A stretch of 64,000 nt of DNA from Escherichia coli (GCF_030013205.1 NZ_CP122648.1); one strand, 5' to 3'. Counted from the first letter of the stretch, positions 34,161 to 45,881 are shown. Numbers and translations are program-made. Notes: a model not told the origin generated them from the letters alone.

Positions 34161-35054
34161 ATGAATATTGAACTTCGTCATCTGCGTTACTTTGTTGCGG
34201 TTGCAGAAGAGCTGCATTTCGGGCGCGCCGCTGCCCGCCTGAATATTTCGCAACCACCGCTAAGTCAACAGATTCAGGCGCTGGAGCAACAAATTGGTGC
34301 CCGACTGCTGGCACGGACCAATCGCAGTGTATTGCTGACGGCAGCAGGAAAACAGTTTCTTGTAGATAGTCGGCAAATCCTGTCTATGGTGGATGATGCT
34401 GCCGCTCGCGCTGAAAGGCTGCATCAGGGCGAAGCGGGGGAGTTGCGCATTGGTTTTACTTCGTCCGCTCCTTTTATTCGGGCAGTGTCCGATACGTTAT
34501 CGCTGTTTCGCCGTGATTATCCCGATGTCCATTTACAAACCCGCGAAATGAACACTCGCGAGCAAATCGCTCCGCTCATTGAAGGAACGCTGGATATGGG
34601 ATTGCTGCGTAACACAGCGTTACCGGAGACGCTTGAACACGCAGTCATCGTCCATGAACCGCTTATGGCGATGATCCCGCACGATCATCCCCTGGCAAAT
34701 AACCCGAGTGTAACGCTGGCTGAACTGGCGAAAGAACCCTTTGTCTTTTTTGATCCGCACGTCGGGACAGGGCTGTATGACGATATTCTCGGGCTGATGA
34801 GACGTTACAATTTGACGCCCGTCATCACTCAGGAGGTGGGTGAGGCAATGACCATCATCGGTCTGGTTTCCGCCGGTCTGGGTGTTTCAATTTTGCCTGC
34901 GTCATTTAAACGTGTTCAGCTCAACGAAATGCGCTGGGTGCCGATTGCTGAAGAGGATGCGGTTTCTGAAATGTGGTTGGTCTGGCCGAAACATCATGAA
35001 CAAAGTCCGGCTGCGCGTAACTTTCGTATTCATCTGCTGAATGCTCTCAGGTGA
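34161..35054 (+). CDS. ynfL: LysR-family transcriptional regulator YnfL
   Basis: 297-aa ORF with LysR-type N-terminal HTH. Confidence 0.9.
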   Translation: MNIELRHLRYFVAVAEELHFGRAAARLNISQPPLSQQIQALEQQIGARLLARTNRSVLLTAAGKQFLVDSRQILSMVDDAAARAERLHQGEAGELRIGFTSSAPFIRAVSDTLSLFRRDYPDVHLQTREMNTREQIAPLIEGTLDMGLLRNTALPETLEHAVIVHEPLMAMIPHDHPLANNPSVTLAELAKEPFVFFDPHVGTGLYDDILGLMRRYNLTPVITQEVGEAMTIIGLVSAGLGVSILPASFKRVQLNEMRWVPIAEEDAVSEMWLVWPKHHEQSPAARNFRIHLLNALR

Positions 35055-35188
35055 GGGAAATTTCAGCGAAAAAGCCCGAAAAATGTGCTGTTAATCACAT
35101 GCCTAAGTAAAAATTTGACGACACGTATTGAAGTGCTTCACCATAGCCTACAGATTATTTCGGAGCGCGAAAATATAGGGAGTATGCG

Positions 35189-36409
35189 GTGGTTGCTGAA
35201 AATCAGCCTGGGCACATTGATCAAATAAAGCAGACCAACGCGGGCGCGGTTTATCGCCTGATTGATCAGCTTGGTCCAGTCTCGCGTATCGATCTTTCCC
35301 GTCTGGCGCAGCTGGCTCCTGCCAGTATCACTAAAATTGTCCGTGAGATGCTCGAAGCACACCTGGTGCAAGAGCTGGAAATCAAAGAAGCGGGGAACCG
35401 TGGCCGTCCGGCAGTGGGGCTGGTGGTTGAAACTGAAGCCTGGCACTATCTTTCTCTGCGCATTAGTCGCGGGGAGATTTTCCTTGCTCTGCGCGATCTG
35501 AGCAGCAAACTGGTGGTGGAGGAGGCGCAGGAACTGGCGTTAAAAGATGACTCACCATTGCTGGATCGTATCATTTCCCATATCGATCAGTTTTTTATCC
35601 GCCACCAGAAAAAACTTGAGCGTCTGACTTCGATTGCCATTACCTTGCCGGGAATTATTGATACGGAAAATGGTATTGTACATCGCATGCCGTTCTACGA
35701 GGATGTAAAAGAGATGCCGCTCGGCGAGGCGCTGGAGCAGCATACCGGCGTACCGGTTTATATTCAGCATGATATCAGCGCATGGACGATGGCTGAGGCC
35801 TTGTTTGGTGCCTCACGCGGGGCGCGCGATGTGATTCAGGTGGTTATCGATCACAACGTGGGGGCGGGCGTCATTACCGATGGTCATCTGCTACACGCAG
35901 GCAGCAGTAGCCTCGTGGAAATAGGTCACACGCAGGTCGACCCGTATGGGAAACGCTGTTATTGCGGGAATCACGGCTGCCTCGAAACCATCGCCAGTGT
36001 GGACAGTATTCTTGAGCTGGCACAGCTGCGTCTCAATCAATCCATGAGCTCGATGTTACATGGACAACCGTTAACCGTGGACTCATTGTGTCAGGCGGCA
36101 TTGCGCGGCGATCTGCTGGCAAAAGACATCATTACCGGGGTGGGCGCGCATGTAGGGCGCATTCTTGCCATCATGGTGAATTTATTTAACCCACAAAAAA
36201 TACTGATTGGCTCACCGTTAAGTAAAGCGGCAGATATCCTCTTCCCGGTCATCTCAGATAGCATCCGTCAGCAGGCCCTTCCTGCGTATAGTCAGCACAT
36301 TAGCGTTGAGAGTACTCAGTTTTCTAACCAGGGCACGATGGCAGGGGCTGCGCTGGTAAAAGACGCGATGTATAACGGTTCTTTGTTGATTCGTCTGTTG
36401 CAGGGTTAA
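35189..36409 (+). CDS. mlc: ROK-family global repressor Mlc (DgsA)
   Basis: 406-aa ORF starting at GTG 35189 (the in-frame ATG at 35184 is a different frame); recognised as Mlc. Confidence 0.93.
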   Translation: MVAENQPGHIDQIKQTNAGAVYRLIDQLGPVSRIDLSRLAQLAPASITKIVREMLEAHLVQELEIKEAGNRGRPAVGLVVETEAWHYLSLRISRGEIFLALRDLSSKLVVEEAQELALKDDSPLLDRIISHIDQFFIRHQKKLERLTSIAITLPGIIDTENGIVHRMPFYEDVKEMPLGEALEQHTGVPVYIQHDISAWTMAEALFGASRGARDVIQVVIDHNVGAGVITDGHLLHAGSSSLVEIGHTQVDPYGKRCYCGNHGCLETIASVDSILELAQLRLNQSMSSMLHGQPLTVDSLCQAALRGDLLAKDIITGVGAHVGRILAIMVNLFNPQKILIGSPLSKAADILFPVISDSIRQQALPAYSQHISVESTQFSNQGTMAGAALVKDAMYNGSLLIRLLQG

Positions 36410-36533
36410 CATTTTTTAACTGTTCTACCAAAATTTGCGCTATCTCAATTTGGGCCAGGAAAGCATAACTTAGACTTTCAAGGTTAATTATTTTCCTGGT
36501 TTATATTTGTGAAGCATAACGGTGGAGTTAGTG

Positions 36534-37229
36534 ATGCTGAAGCGTTTCTTTATTACCGGTACAGACACTTCTGTAGGGAAAACGGTGGTTTCCCGCGCAT
36601 TGCTACAAGCGTTAGCCTCCCAGGGAAAAACGGTTGCGGGATATAAACCCGTAGCGAAGGGGAGCAAAGAGACACCCGAAGGGCTGCGTAATAAAGATGC
36701 CCTGGTGTTGCAGAGTGTTTCAACCATCGAACTGCCTTATGAAGCAGTTAATCCTATCGCGTTAAGCGAAGAAGAAAGTAGCGTGGCGCACAGTTGCCCA
36801 ATCAATTACACCCTCATTTCAAACGGCCTGGCAAACCTGACCGATAAAGTCGATCATGTGGTGGTAGAAGGGACTGGCGGCTGGCGCAGTCTGATGAATG
36901 ATTTGCGTCCGCTCTCTGAATGGGTGGTGCAGGAACAACTGCCGGTGTTGATGGTTGTCGGTATTCAGGAAGGTTGCATTAACCATGCACTGCTAACAGC
37001 TCAGGCGATCGCCAACGACGGGCTACCGCTCATTGGCTGGGTGGCTAACCGAATCAATCCAGGACTGGCGCATTATGCGGAAATCATTGATGTGCTGGGT
37101 AAAAAACTTCCGGCACCGCTCATTGGTGAACTGCCTTATCTGCCGCGCGCCGAACAGCGTGAACTGGGGCAATACATCCGCTTAGCTATGCTGCGCAGTG
37201 TGCTGGCGGTAGATAGAGTCACGGTGTAA
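36534..37229 (+). CDS. bioD2: dethiobiotin synthetase paralog BioD2 (YnfK)
   Basis: ORF trimmed to ATG at 36534 ([17 protein letters not shown]...) giving 231 aa; P-loop motif. Confidence 0.9.
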   Translation: MLKRFFITGTDTSVGKTVVSRALLQALASQGKTVAGYKPVAKGSKETPEGLRNKDALVLQSVSTIELPYEAVNPIALSEEESSVAHSCPINYTLISNGLANLTDKVDHVVVEGTGGWRSLMNDLRPLSEWVVQEQLPVLMVVGIQEGCINHALLTAQAIANDGLPLIGWVANRINPGLAHYAEIIDVLGKKLPAPLIGELPYLPRAEQRELGQYIRLAMLRSVLAVDRVTV

Positions 37230-38438
37230 AGTCCGCGAAATTACCGACGCAATTACGCAGGCAATCAATAAACCGGGGAGTAGCTGATACTCCCCGGTCA
37301 TTTCACATATCATCAACGTCGACATAATCGGCGCGTGCGTGGTTGCCGCCAACAGTGTCGCCATCCCGGTCAATCCGAGTAAAAGCGTAATTTCTTCGCC
37401 ATCAGGGAACCATAATCCCAGGCTACGACCATACAACATGCCAATGGCAAGACCGATAAATAGCGTCGGTGTAAAGACACCACCGGGCGCGCCAGAACCA
37501 CTACTCGCCAGCACGGCAAACAGTTTACAGAGGAAGATCCCGGCAATGATCATTAACAGTGGCGGGGCGGTTAAAAAGGATTGTACGGTGCTATAGCCGT
37601 TGCCCCACACTGCAGGTGTGAACAGGGAAAGCAGACCCACGATCAACCCGCCCAGTGCCAGTTGCCAGGGCGGCGCAAGTTTGAGACTTACAAATCCACG
37701 ATGACAGGCGTTCATTAACGTTAACAACAGTGGTCCGCACAGACCTGCCAGCACACCTGTACTGATAATCAGCGCATAGTCACGAGCCTGAACCGTCACT
37801 GAGAGTTGTACGCTGTAGAGTAACGCGTCGCTATGATTAATCAGATTGCTAACCAGCAACGCCACGACGGCGGAAATAATCACCGGGCCGAGAGAGGCCA
37901 ACATCATAGTGCCAAACAGCACTTCGGCTATAAATAAACTGCCAGCAAGCGGGGCGCGATAGGCCGCAGCCATTCCCGCCGCAGCTCCACAGGCGATCCA
38001 TAATTTCCACTCCTGGCGTGGCGTAAAACGTTGGACAAAACAGGAGGCGGCAAGGGCAGCTAAAAGAATCATCGCACCTTCGCGACCAATTGCACTGCCG
38101 CTGGTTACTACCAGCAGAGAGGCAAGCGATTTAACCAGGCTTGCTGCGTAATCAAACTGCCCATCGGTTTGCAACGCTTCCATGTAATCGGTCGGCGCAT
38201 GAGGGCGTTGCTGGGTAAATTTCTGCCAGCCCATCAGCAACAAACCCGCCGCCAGTCCGCCGAGCGCCGGAGTTAGCAGCCGTCGCCACGGGGAAAGATT
38301 TGTCGCTGCATTGACCAGACTGCCCGAGTCATTATTGAGGAACAACCACTCCAGTAGCAGCATTGCATGACGAAACCCGGCAACGGCAAAGGCCGCGAGA
38401 ATACCGACGACTGTTGCGATAAGCAGACGGCGGAACAT
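37182..38438 (-). CDS. clcB: ClC-family voltage-gated chloride channel ClcB
   Basis: ORF trimmed to [12 protein letters not shown]... giving 418 aa; 3' end overlaps bioD2 convergently. Confidence 0.9.
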   Translation of the reverse strand: MFRRLLIATVVGILAAFAVAGFRHAMLLLEWLFLNNDSGSLVNAATNLSPWRRLLTPALGGLAAGLLLMGWQKFTQQRPHAPTDYMEALQTDGQFDYAASLVKSLASLLVVTSGSAIGREGAMILLAALAASCFVQRFTPRQEWKLWIACGAAAGMAAAYRAPLAGSLFIAEVLFGTMMLASLGPVIISAVVALLVSNLINHSDALLYSVQLSVTVQARDYALIISTGVLAGLCGPLLLTLMNACHRGFVSLKLAPPWQLALGGLIVGLLSLFTPAVWGNGYSTVQSFLTAPPLLMIIAGIFLCKLFAVLASSGSGAPGGVFTPTLFIGLAIGMLYGRSLGLWFPDGEEITLLLGLTGMATLLAATTHAPIMSTLMICEMTGEYQLLPGLLIACVIASVISRTLHRDSIYRQHTAQHS

Positions 38439-38631
38439 AGTGCGCAGATCCGGATAGATGTGTAGATGATGCATGAGCAGAAATGGGCAATGAAACACGG
38501 GCGACTATTTTGCGGCAAAAGAAGCCAGACGCAAAAGCAGTGCGTGCTTTAAGAGATAAAAAACGTGACACTGTAACGTATTATTGCCGAATTGCGCGTA
38601 ATCGTCACCATCCGGCAATATTACGGTGATC

Positions 38632-39246
38632 CTATCGAAACAGCGATTTAACCGCGACAGGAATTAACAGTTGTGATTGCCATTGCGCCAGCGTTAAGCG
38701 AGCCAGTTCACCCAGTGCACGGTAGAAAGGGTGTTCTGCTTTTTCGATAAAAACGTCAAGAAATCGTGTTGACCACGGAAAAAGGTGCCATGCCAGCAAT
38801 TCTTCGCATTCTGTCTGGCGACCATTCTCCGCCAACCACGCAGCCATCAACAGCAGTGAACCAAAATGATCTTCCGGTTCGTTTTGCTGCATTTCAAACT
38901 GAATGCCTTTCTCGCGCATCCACTGACGAAGTGCCAATGTTGAATCGCCAAACAGCACAGATTCGCGATCCAGCCAGACCGACCCCCACGGCGGTGATGG
39001 CAGAGCCCACGGACCGACAAACAAACGCTGCCAGGCCTGGGCGCGAGTCTCTTCACTCTGTGCCTGAAAAGCCGTCACCAGCGGCGCTAATGACGCTTCT
39101 GGTAGAGGCCACTGAGTTTCCCAGCCGTCACGGGTGAGTACCGCAACCAGAGGTGCGGCTTCCGCACTCTCTGGAGCGTAATAAAACAGCGCGCCCAACA
39201 CGCGCGCCGCGACAGAAAAATTATCTTGCTGTGAAAAATGGGTCAT
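38632..39246 (-). CDS. dmsD: Tat proofreading chaperone DmsD
   Basis: ORF trimmed to MTHFSQQDNF... giving 204 aa; downstream of ynfEFGH. Confidence 0.92.
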   Translation of the reverse strand: MTHFSQQDNFSVAARVLGALFYYAPESAEAAPLVAVLTRDGWETQWPLPEASLAPLVTAFQAQSEETRAQAWQRLFVGPWALPSPPWGSVWLDRESVLFGDSTLALRQWMREKGIQFEMQQNEPEDHFGSLLLMAAWLAENGRQTECEELLAWHLFPWSTRFLDVFIEKAEHPFYRALGELARLTLAQWQSQLLIPVAVKSLFR

Positions 39247-39288
39247 TCCTAACATCCTGAAATGTGCGGGGTGCCCCGCACCAATTTG

Positions 39289-40143
39289 TTAACCTGCAAT
39301 AGCCATTCCTACCGTCATGTGCAGGCCATAAAAGAGCACACGCCCGATCATCTCACCGCCAAGTATGAGGATTAGCCCCAGAATAAGTCCGGCAACGTGA
39401 GGTTCACGGCGACGAATGAGCGGACAAAGCCAGCATCCTAGACCTGTGCATAACAATACCACACGCCAGACCTGTAAGGAGGCGTAATCTGGTACCAGTG
39501 CGCTGGCTTGTTGTACGGATGAGTGAATAGACGCCAGAGACAAACCTTGCAGCACAATCACCCCGGCACAAGCGATCAGCGCCAGAACGCTAATGATGGC
39601 AAATGTTGTGGTATTAAATGTAACGCGGGCTGCCCGCAGAATTGTGGCAGCAAGTATTGGACCGCTCAACAATACTGTCAGGAAGAAAGCCAGCGTAGTG
39701 TAACCGTTATACCAGGTTGGCACTGTGTCGATTTGATACACGCAGGTCATCATCCAGACGAAAATGACGCCGAGCGCCATGCTGACAAGTAACCAGAGTT
39801 TCCCCAACGCTTGCGGCATTTTACCGATGACCGCCACCAGCCACCATAATCCGCCAACGGCAAAAAATATGGAACCGGCAGCAATCTCGTTACTCAGACC
39901 AGAAGCTCCGATTCGATTCAGCGAGTTAAACGCCCGCAGTGGGGATCCCAGGTGCATGACAGAGGCAATAAACCCGATGCCCATCAACAGCCAGAGGAAA
40001 AACATGCCACGAACAATGTGCTGACGGTCTGCGTCATTTTTGGCGGCGAACCAGCCAATTCCGCTAACAATCAGCGCGCCTACTACGCATTGACCCAATA
40101 CGGTAAAGATAACCAGTGGCCATTCATGCCATCCATTTCCCAT
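39289..40143 (-). CDS. ynfH: DmsC-type membrane anchor subunit YnfH
   Basis: ORF track gives 364 aa; trimmed to ATG at 40141-40143 (MGNGWHEWPL...) giving 284 aa. Confidence 0.9.
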   Translation of the reverse strand: MGNGWHEWPLVIFTVLGQCVVGALIVSGIGWFAAKNDADRQHIVRGMFFLWLLMGIGFIASVMHLGSPLRAFNSLNRIGASGLSNEIAAGSIFFAVGGLWWLVAVIGKMPQALGKLWLLVSMALGVIFVWMMTCVYQIDTVPTWYNGYTTLAFFLTVLLSGPILAATILRAARVTFNTTTFAIISVLALIACAGVIVLQGLSLASIHSSVQQASALVPDYASLQVWRVVLLCTGLGCWLCPLIRRREPHVAGLILGLILILGGEMIGRVLFYGLHMTVGMAIAG

Positions 40144-40144
40144 T

Positions 40145-40762
40145 TTACACTTCCTCCGGATTAGCCAGATAACCAGTGGTATCGCCGGTTGGGCGGCTGT
40201 TGGCGTTAGGTTTGATAACGATATTGGGTTTTGTGAAATGCGCGCGCGGCAGTGGCGCGACGGCAGCCAGAGTGCCGTGCTTCTGGCGCAGCTCTTCAAT
40301 TGGACCGAACTCAAGTGCACGCAGCGGGCAGGATTCGACACATATGGGTTGTTTCCCCTCGGCGACGCGCGAATAACAACCATCGCACTTCGTCATGTGC
40401 CCTTTTTCAGCATTGTACTGTGGCGCGCCGTACGGACAAGCCATGTGGCAGTAGCGGCAGCCGATACAAACATCTTCATCAACCACCACAAAGCCATCTT
40501 CACGCTTATGCATTGCGCCGCTGGGGCAGACTTTTGTACATGCGGGGTCATCGCAATGGTTACAGGAGATGGAGAGATAATAAGCGAACACGTTCTGGTG
40601 CCAGACGCCATTATCTTCCTGCCAGTCGCCGCCAGCATATTCATAAATACGGCGGAAACTGACTTCCGGGCCAAGATCTTTAAAATCTTTGCACGCCAGT
40701 TCGCAGGTTTTACAGCCAGTACAGCGGCTGGAATCGATAAAAAATCCATATTGTGTGGTCAT
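40145..40762 (-). CDS. ynfG: DmsB-type 4Fe-4S ferredoxin subunit YnfG
   Basis: 205-aa ORF with four Cys clusters of CxxCxxCxxxCP type. Confidence 0.93.
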   Translation of the reverse strand: MTTQYGFFIDSSRCTGCKTCELACKDFKDLGPEVSFRRIYEYAGGDWQEDNGVWHQNVFAYYLSISCNHCDDPACTKVCPSGAMHKREDGFVVVDEDVCIGCRYCHMACPYGAPQYNAEKGHMTKCDGCYSRVAEGKQPICVESCPLRALEFGPIEELRQKHGTLAAVAPLPRAHFTKPNIVIKPNANSRPTGDTTGYLANPEEV

Positions 40763-40772
40763 GGGCTACTCC

Positions 40773-43199
40773 TTAAACCTTTTCGATCTGGACAAGATTG
40801 CTGTGCGACGGGTTTCCCTTTGCCAGCGGTGAAGGGCGGTGAGAGGTCAGAATATTGATACTGCCGCCGTGATCGACCCGGTCACCAAACATATCCGCTT
40901 TAAGCCACGCACCTTGCCCGATGGCGGTAACGCCAGGCAGAATACGCGGAGTCACTTTTGCGGCAATCAGCATTTCTCCATTATTGTTAAATACCCGCAC
41001 GGTATCGCCATGACGGATACCGCGTGCCTGAGCATCAATAGGGTTGATCCACACCTCTTGTGGGCAGGCCTGCTGTAACACATCAATATTGCCGTAGCTG
41101 GAGTGGGTACGCGCTTTGTAGTGGAAGCCCGTTAGCTGCAGTGGATAGGTTTTCCGCAGGGGATCGTCCCAGCCATCAAAACCTGGGGTATACGCAGGAA
41201 GGGGATGAATAATTTCATCTTTTTTCAATTCCCAGGTATCCGCAATCGTCGCCAGTCGTTCAGAATAAATTTCGATTTTCCCCGAAGGTGTTTTCAACGG
41301 GTTTGCCTGTGGATCTTCACGGAATGCGCGGAAAGCGACGTAGTGTTCTTCCGGGCATTTTTTCTTAAAGATCCCGGTCGTTTTCATCTCCTCGTAGTCG
41401 GGCATCTCAGGGTTACGTTCCTTCGTTTTCGCATGGAGATATTTGATCCATTCGTGCTGACTGCGGCCTTCAGTAAAGGTTTGATAAACGTCTGGTCCTA
41501 AGCGTTTGGCGACTTCGCTCAGCATCCAGTAGATGGGTTTGCGTTCAAATTTTGCTGAGGTTGCGGGTTGGGCGAGGATCACATAGCCCATATTCCCGGC
41601 AGATTCATGAGAGATAAGGTCTTCTTGCTCTGTTGGCATCAGGTCGGGCAACAGGATATCGCAATACTTAGCCGAGGCAGTCATGAAGTGGTCAATGCCA
41701 ACAATCATCTCGCACTTGCTGTCATCCTGAAGCACCTCATGGGTGTGATTGATGTCGCCATGTTGATTGATCAATGTGTTACTGGCGTAGCACCATAAAA
41801 ACTTGATGGGGACATCCAGTTTTTCTTTTCCACGAACACCATCACGGGTCGCGGTCATTTCCGTACCGTGGTCGATGGCATCTGTCCATGTAAAGACGGA
41901 AATCTGCGTTTTAACAGGATTCTCGAGCATCGGGAACCATTCTACCCCCAGATCCCAGCTACCTTCGCGTACACCTGAGTTGCCGCCGTTTATGCCGACG
42001 TTACCGGTGAGAACGGAAAGCATGGCAATAGCGCGGGACGTTTGTTCGCCGTTGGAGTGTCGTTGTGGCCCCCAACCCTGACAAATATAAGCAGGTTTTG
42101 CTGAACCGATCTCTCGTGCCAACTGGATAATTTTTTCTGCCGGGATGCTGGTGATTTTTGCTGCCCATTCCGGCGTTTTAGCTATGCCGTCAGGCCCTTC
42201 GCCCAGAATATAGGCTTTATAATGCGCGTTACGTGGTGCGTTGGCGGGCAGCGTTTTTTCATCGTAACCAACACAATATTTGTCGAGAAATGGCTGATCG
42301 ACCATGTTTTCAGTAATCAGTACCCAGGCAATCGCACAGGCCAGTGCGCCATCGGTGCCTGGGCGAATTGGCAGCCATTCATCTTCACGCCCGGCAGCAG
42401 TGTCGTTATAACGTGGATCGATGACGATCATGCGTGCGTTTGAACGTTCTCGGGCTTGCTCGACGTAGTAAGTGACACCACCGCCGCTCATCCGGGTTTC
42501 TGCCGGGTTATTTCCGAACATAACGACCAGTTTCGTATTGGCTATATCATCCGGGCTGTTGCCATCATTGGCACCGAACATATAACTCATTGCGGCACTG
42601 ATTTGAGCGGTACTGTAGCTGCCATAGCGACTGAGAAAACCACCGCAAGAGTTCATCAGACGGTACGGGACGTTCGAGTTGGTGATGTTTCCGCCATCTA
42701 CGCCTGTTCCGTACAGGACATGTACAGCCTCATTGCCGTATTCTTTCAGGATCCGCCGAAGATTATCACTGATGGTATCCAGGGCTTCATCCCAACTTAT
42801 CCGTTCAAATTTACCTTCACCGCGCTTGCCGACGCGCTTCATGGGATATTTCAACCTATCAGGATGATTCATCCGTCGGCGGATAGAGCGCCCGCGTAAA
42901 CACGCTCGAACCTGATGATTACCGTAGACGTCGTCACCTGTCGTATCAGACTCCACCCAGTACACGGTGTCATCTTTCACATGCAAACGTAACAGACAGC
43001 GGCTCCCGCAGTTAACGGTGCAGGAACTCCAGACCGCTTTCTCTTCTACCGGTGCCTCTGCCGCTCGGACCATTTGGGAAAATGGCAGAGTGAAAGCACT
43101 GCTTGCCAGCGCGAGACTGCCAAGTGCGGAGGTTTTCATCAGACTTCTACGGCTGATTTCAGCCTTCATGAGCGCCTCTGTGGTATGGATTTTCATCAT
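40773..43199 (-). CDS. ynfF: DmsA-paralog molybdopterin oxidoreductase catalytic subunit YnfF
   Basis: 808-codon ORF with twin-arginine (SRRSLMK) Tat signal; true start may be the second Met (43196). Confidence 0.93.
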   Translation of the reverse strand: MMKIHTTEALMKAEISRRSLMKTSALGSLALASSAFTLPFSQMVRAAEAPVEEKAVWSSCTVNCGSRCLLRLHVKDDTVYWVESDTTGDDVYGNHQVRACLRGRSIRRRMNHPDRLKYPMKRVGKRGEGKFERISWDEALDTISDNLRRILKEYGNEAVHVLYGTGVDGGNITNSNVPYRLMNSCGGFLSRYGSYSTAQISAAMSYMFGANDGNSPDDIANTKLVVMFGNNPAETRMSGGGVTYYVEQARERSNARMIVIDPRYNDTAAGREDEWLPIRPGTDGALACAIAWVLITENMVDQPFLDKYCVGYDEKTLPANAPRNAHYKAYILGEGPDGIAKTPEWAAKITSIPAEKIIQLAREIGSAKPAYICQGWGPQRHSNGEQTSRAIAMLSVLTGNVGINGGNSGVREGSWDLGVEWFPMLENPVKTQISVFTWTDAIDHGTEMTATRDGVRGKEKLDVPIKFLWCYASNTLINQHGDINHTHEVLQDDSKCEMIVGIDHFMTASAKYCDILLPDLMPTEQEDLISHESAGNMGYVILAQPATSAKFERKPIYWMLSEVAKRLGPDVYQTFTEGRSQHEWIKYLHAKTKERNPEMPDYEEMKTTGIFKKKCPEEHYVAFRAFREDPQANPLKTPSGKIEIYSERLATIADTWELKKDEIIHPLPAYTPGFDGWDDPLRKTYPLQLTGFHYKARTHSSYGNIDVLQQACPQEVWINPIDAQARGIRHGDTVRVFNNNGEMLIAAKVTPRILPGVTAIGQGAWLKADMFGDRVDHGGSINILTSHRPSPLAKGNPSHSNLVQIEKV

Positions 43200-43256
43200 T
43201 ACTCACTTATTGCTTTTCAAACAAAATGTCATGCCAGAATTTATGGTTGTAGAGGG

Positions 43257-45683
43257 TTATATTTTTTCGATCTCGACCAGATTAGTGTGCTGCGGGTTTC
43301 CCTTCGCCAGTGGTGAAGGGCGCAGAGTGGTTAGCGTATTCACACAGCCGCCGTGGTCGATTTTATCGCCAGACATATTGGCCTCGTGCCAGGCTCCCTG
43401 GCCCATAGCGCTAACCCCAGGGAGAATGCGTGGTGTTACTTTGGCTGGTAGCCGAACTTCGCCACGATGGTTAAACACCCGCACCATATCGCCGTTGGCA
43501 ATCCCACGTTTCTGTGCGTCTATAGGGTTGATCCACACCTCCTGACGGCAGGCAGCCTTCAGGACATCAATGTTGCCGTAGGTCGAGTGAGTACGGGATT
43601 TGTAATGGAAACCAAACAGTTGCAGTGGAAAGGTACTACGTTCAGGGGAGTCCCAGCCTTCAAAGGTTGAGGCATAAACCGGCAGTGGGCTTATCACTTC
43701 ATCTTTTTCCAGTTCCCAGGTACGGGCAATTTCCGCCAGCTTGCTGGAATAAATTTCAATCTTACCGGAAGGCGTTTTAAGTGGATTTGCCTCGGGGTCG
43801 TCACGAAATGCTTTGTAGGCGACAAAATGACCATTAGGATCTTTACGCTTATAGATACCCATTTTTTTCAGTTCGTCGTAAGACGGTAACGCCGGATCTT
43901 TGGCAAGCATTTTGGCGTACAGATGTTGTAACCATTGTTCCTGCGTGCGACCTTCTGTGAACTTTTGATAGACGTCAGGTCCAAGACGTTTCGCGACCTC
44001 ACTCAGGATCCAGTAAATCGGTTTGCGTTCGAATTTTTCGCTGGTGACTGGCTGAAGGAAAATGAGATATCCCATGTTACCGGCGTAGTCGTTAGGAATA
44101 ATATCTTCCTGCTCAACGGTCATCAGGTCTGGCAGCAGAATGTCGGCATATTTTGCCGATGAGGTCATAAAGTTTTCGATGACCACAATCATTTCGCATT
44201 TCGATTCGTCCTGCAGAATTTCATGCGTTTTGTTGATGTCAGAATGCTGATTAACGAGGGTATTTCCCGCGTAGTTCCAGATGAACTTAATGGGCACATC
44301 CAGTTTATCTTTGCCGCGGACGCCGTCGCGGATTGCCGTCATTTGCGGGCCATGATCGATAGCATCTGTCCAGCTGAAGCAGGAGATTGACGTTTTGACC
44401 GGATTATCAAGCACCGGCAGGCGTTCTATGGTAATGGTATAGGTCGATTCACGCGCGCCACTATTTCCGCCGCTGATGCCGACATTGCCCGTCAGAATAG
44501 GCAACATCGCAATAGCGCGTGCAGTCAGCTCGCCGTTTGCCTGGCGTTGCGGTCCCCAGCCCTGACAGATATAAGCGGGTTTTGCTGTGCCAATTTCACG
44601 CGCCAGTTTGATGATACGGTCCACCGGGATACCGGTAATTTGCGAAGCCCACTGCGGCGTTTTCGCTGTTTTGTCGTCTCCTTCACCAAGAATATAGGCT
44701 TTATAGTGACCATTTTTTGGTGCATCTGCGGGTAAGGTTTTTTCGTCATAGCCGACGCAGTATTTATCGAGAAAAGGTTGATCAACGAGATTTTCGTTAA
44801 TCAATACCCAGGCAATACCCGCAACCAGCGCGGCATCGGTGCCCGGGCGAATAGGTAGCCATTCGTCTTCACGACCAGCAGCCGTATCGGTATATCGCGG
44901 ATCGATAACAATCATTTTTGCGTTCGATTTCTCTCGCGCTTTTTCAAGAAGATAAGTGATGCCACCGCCGCTCATGCGGGTTTCTGCCGGGTTGTTACCA
45001 AACATCACGACCAGCTTGCTGTTTTCAATATCCGTGGTGCTGTTGCCATCATTACTGCCGTAGGTGTAGGGCATGGCACAGGAAATTTGCGCGGTGCTGT
45101 AGGAGCCATACTGGTTGAGTGAACCGCCGTAGCAGTTCATCAGGCGTTTGACCGCCGAGGCTGATGGTGAAGAGCGGGTCATATTGCCGCCAACAATCCC
45201 CGAAGAGTACTGAATATATACAGCCTCATTGCCATATTGTTCGACGGTTTTTTTCAGGCTACTGGCGATAGTATCCAGGGCTTCATCCCAGCTAATCCGT
45301 TCGAATTTGCCTTCGCCGCGTTTGCCCACGCGTTTCATTGGGTAATTCAAGCGATCGGGATGATTAATACGCCGACGGATGGAGCGACCGCGCAAACAGG
45401 CACGTACTTGATGATTGCCATACTCGTCGTTGCCGGTGTTGTCAGTTTCCACCCAGGTCACTTCATTATCTTTAACATGCAGACGAAGTGCACAGCGGCT
45501 ACCACAGTTGACGGAACAGGCACCCCAGACCACTTTCTCGCTGGCCTGTTGTACCGCTGCCGCTGCACTGCGCAGGGTGAACGGTAAAGAAAAACCGCCT
45601 GCAGCCAGCGCCAGAGAACCTATCGCGGTAGATTTAACGAGTGTTCTGCGGCTGATGCCCACCATTTGTTCATTTTTGGACAT
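43257..45683 (-). CDS. ynfE: DmsA-paralog molybdopterin oxidoreductase catalytic subunit YnfE
   Basis: 808-aa ORF with twin-arginine (SRRTLVK) Tat signal; about 70 percent identical to YnfF by eye. Confidence 0.93.
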   Translation of the reverse strand: MSKNEQMVGISRRTLVKSTAIGSLALAAGGFSLPFTLRSAAAAVQQASEKVVWGACSVNCGSRCALRLHVKDNEVTWVETDNTGNDEYGNHQVRACLRGRSIRRRINHPDRLNYPMKRVGKRGEGKFERISWDEALDTIASSLKKTVEQYGNEAVYIQYSSGIVGGNMTRSSPSASAVKRLMNCYGGSLNQYGSYSTAQISCAMPYTYGSNDGNSTTDIENSKLVVMFGNNPAETRMSGGGITYLLEKAREKSNAKMIVIDPRYTDTAAGREDEWLPIRPGTDAALVAGIAWVLINENLVDQPFLDKYCVGYDEKTLPADAPKNGHYKAYILGEGDDKTAKTPQWASQITGIPVDRIIKLAREIGTAKPAYICQGWGPQRQANGELTARAIAMLPILTGNVGISGGNSGARESTYTITIERLPVLDNPVKTSISCFSWTDAIDHGPQMTAIRDGVRGKDKLDVPIKFIWNYAGNTLVNQHSDINKTHEILQDESKCEMIVVIENFMTSSAKYADILLPDLMTVEQEDIIPNDYAGNMGYLIFLQPVTSEKFERKPIYWILSEVAKRLGPDVYQKFTEGRTQEQWLQHLYAKMLAKDPALPSYDELKKMGIYKRKDPNGHFVAYKAFRDDPEANPLKTPSGKIEIYSSKLAEIARTWELEKDEVISPLPVYASTFEGWDSPERSTFPLQLFGFHYKSRTHSTYGNIDVLKAACRQEVWINPIDAQKRGIANGDMVRVFNHRGEVRLPAKVTPRILPGVSAMGQGAWHEANMSGDKIDHGGCVNTLTTLRPSPLAKGNPQHTNLVEIEKI

Positions 45684-45881
45684 AACTCACTCCCTGTTCT
45701 TTATCGTTATATAAAAGTTTATATATTGAATATTTAGCGCGCTAACAATAGAGGGGGTCTACCTATTTTGGGTTAAGAATTATTAATCCATATCAATAGA
45801 AGGGTATGAGTAATAAGGTGGGATTATGTTGTATGTTCAAATCGCCGGATGTGTCGTATCCGGCGTGCAGTCGATAATGTA

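Noticed and set aside
39289-40383. 364-codon extended ynfH ORF overlapping ynfG
   Set aside because: The extension overlaps the ynfG coding region in another frame; the ATG at 40141-40143 gives the 284-aa DmsC-type protein.
40238-40858. 206- and 136-codon plus-strand ORFs across ynfG/ynfF
   Set aside because: Antisense to the Fe-S subunit gene; Cys-codon-rich sequences often leave long open antisense frames.
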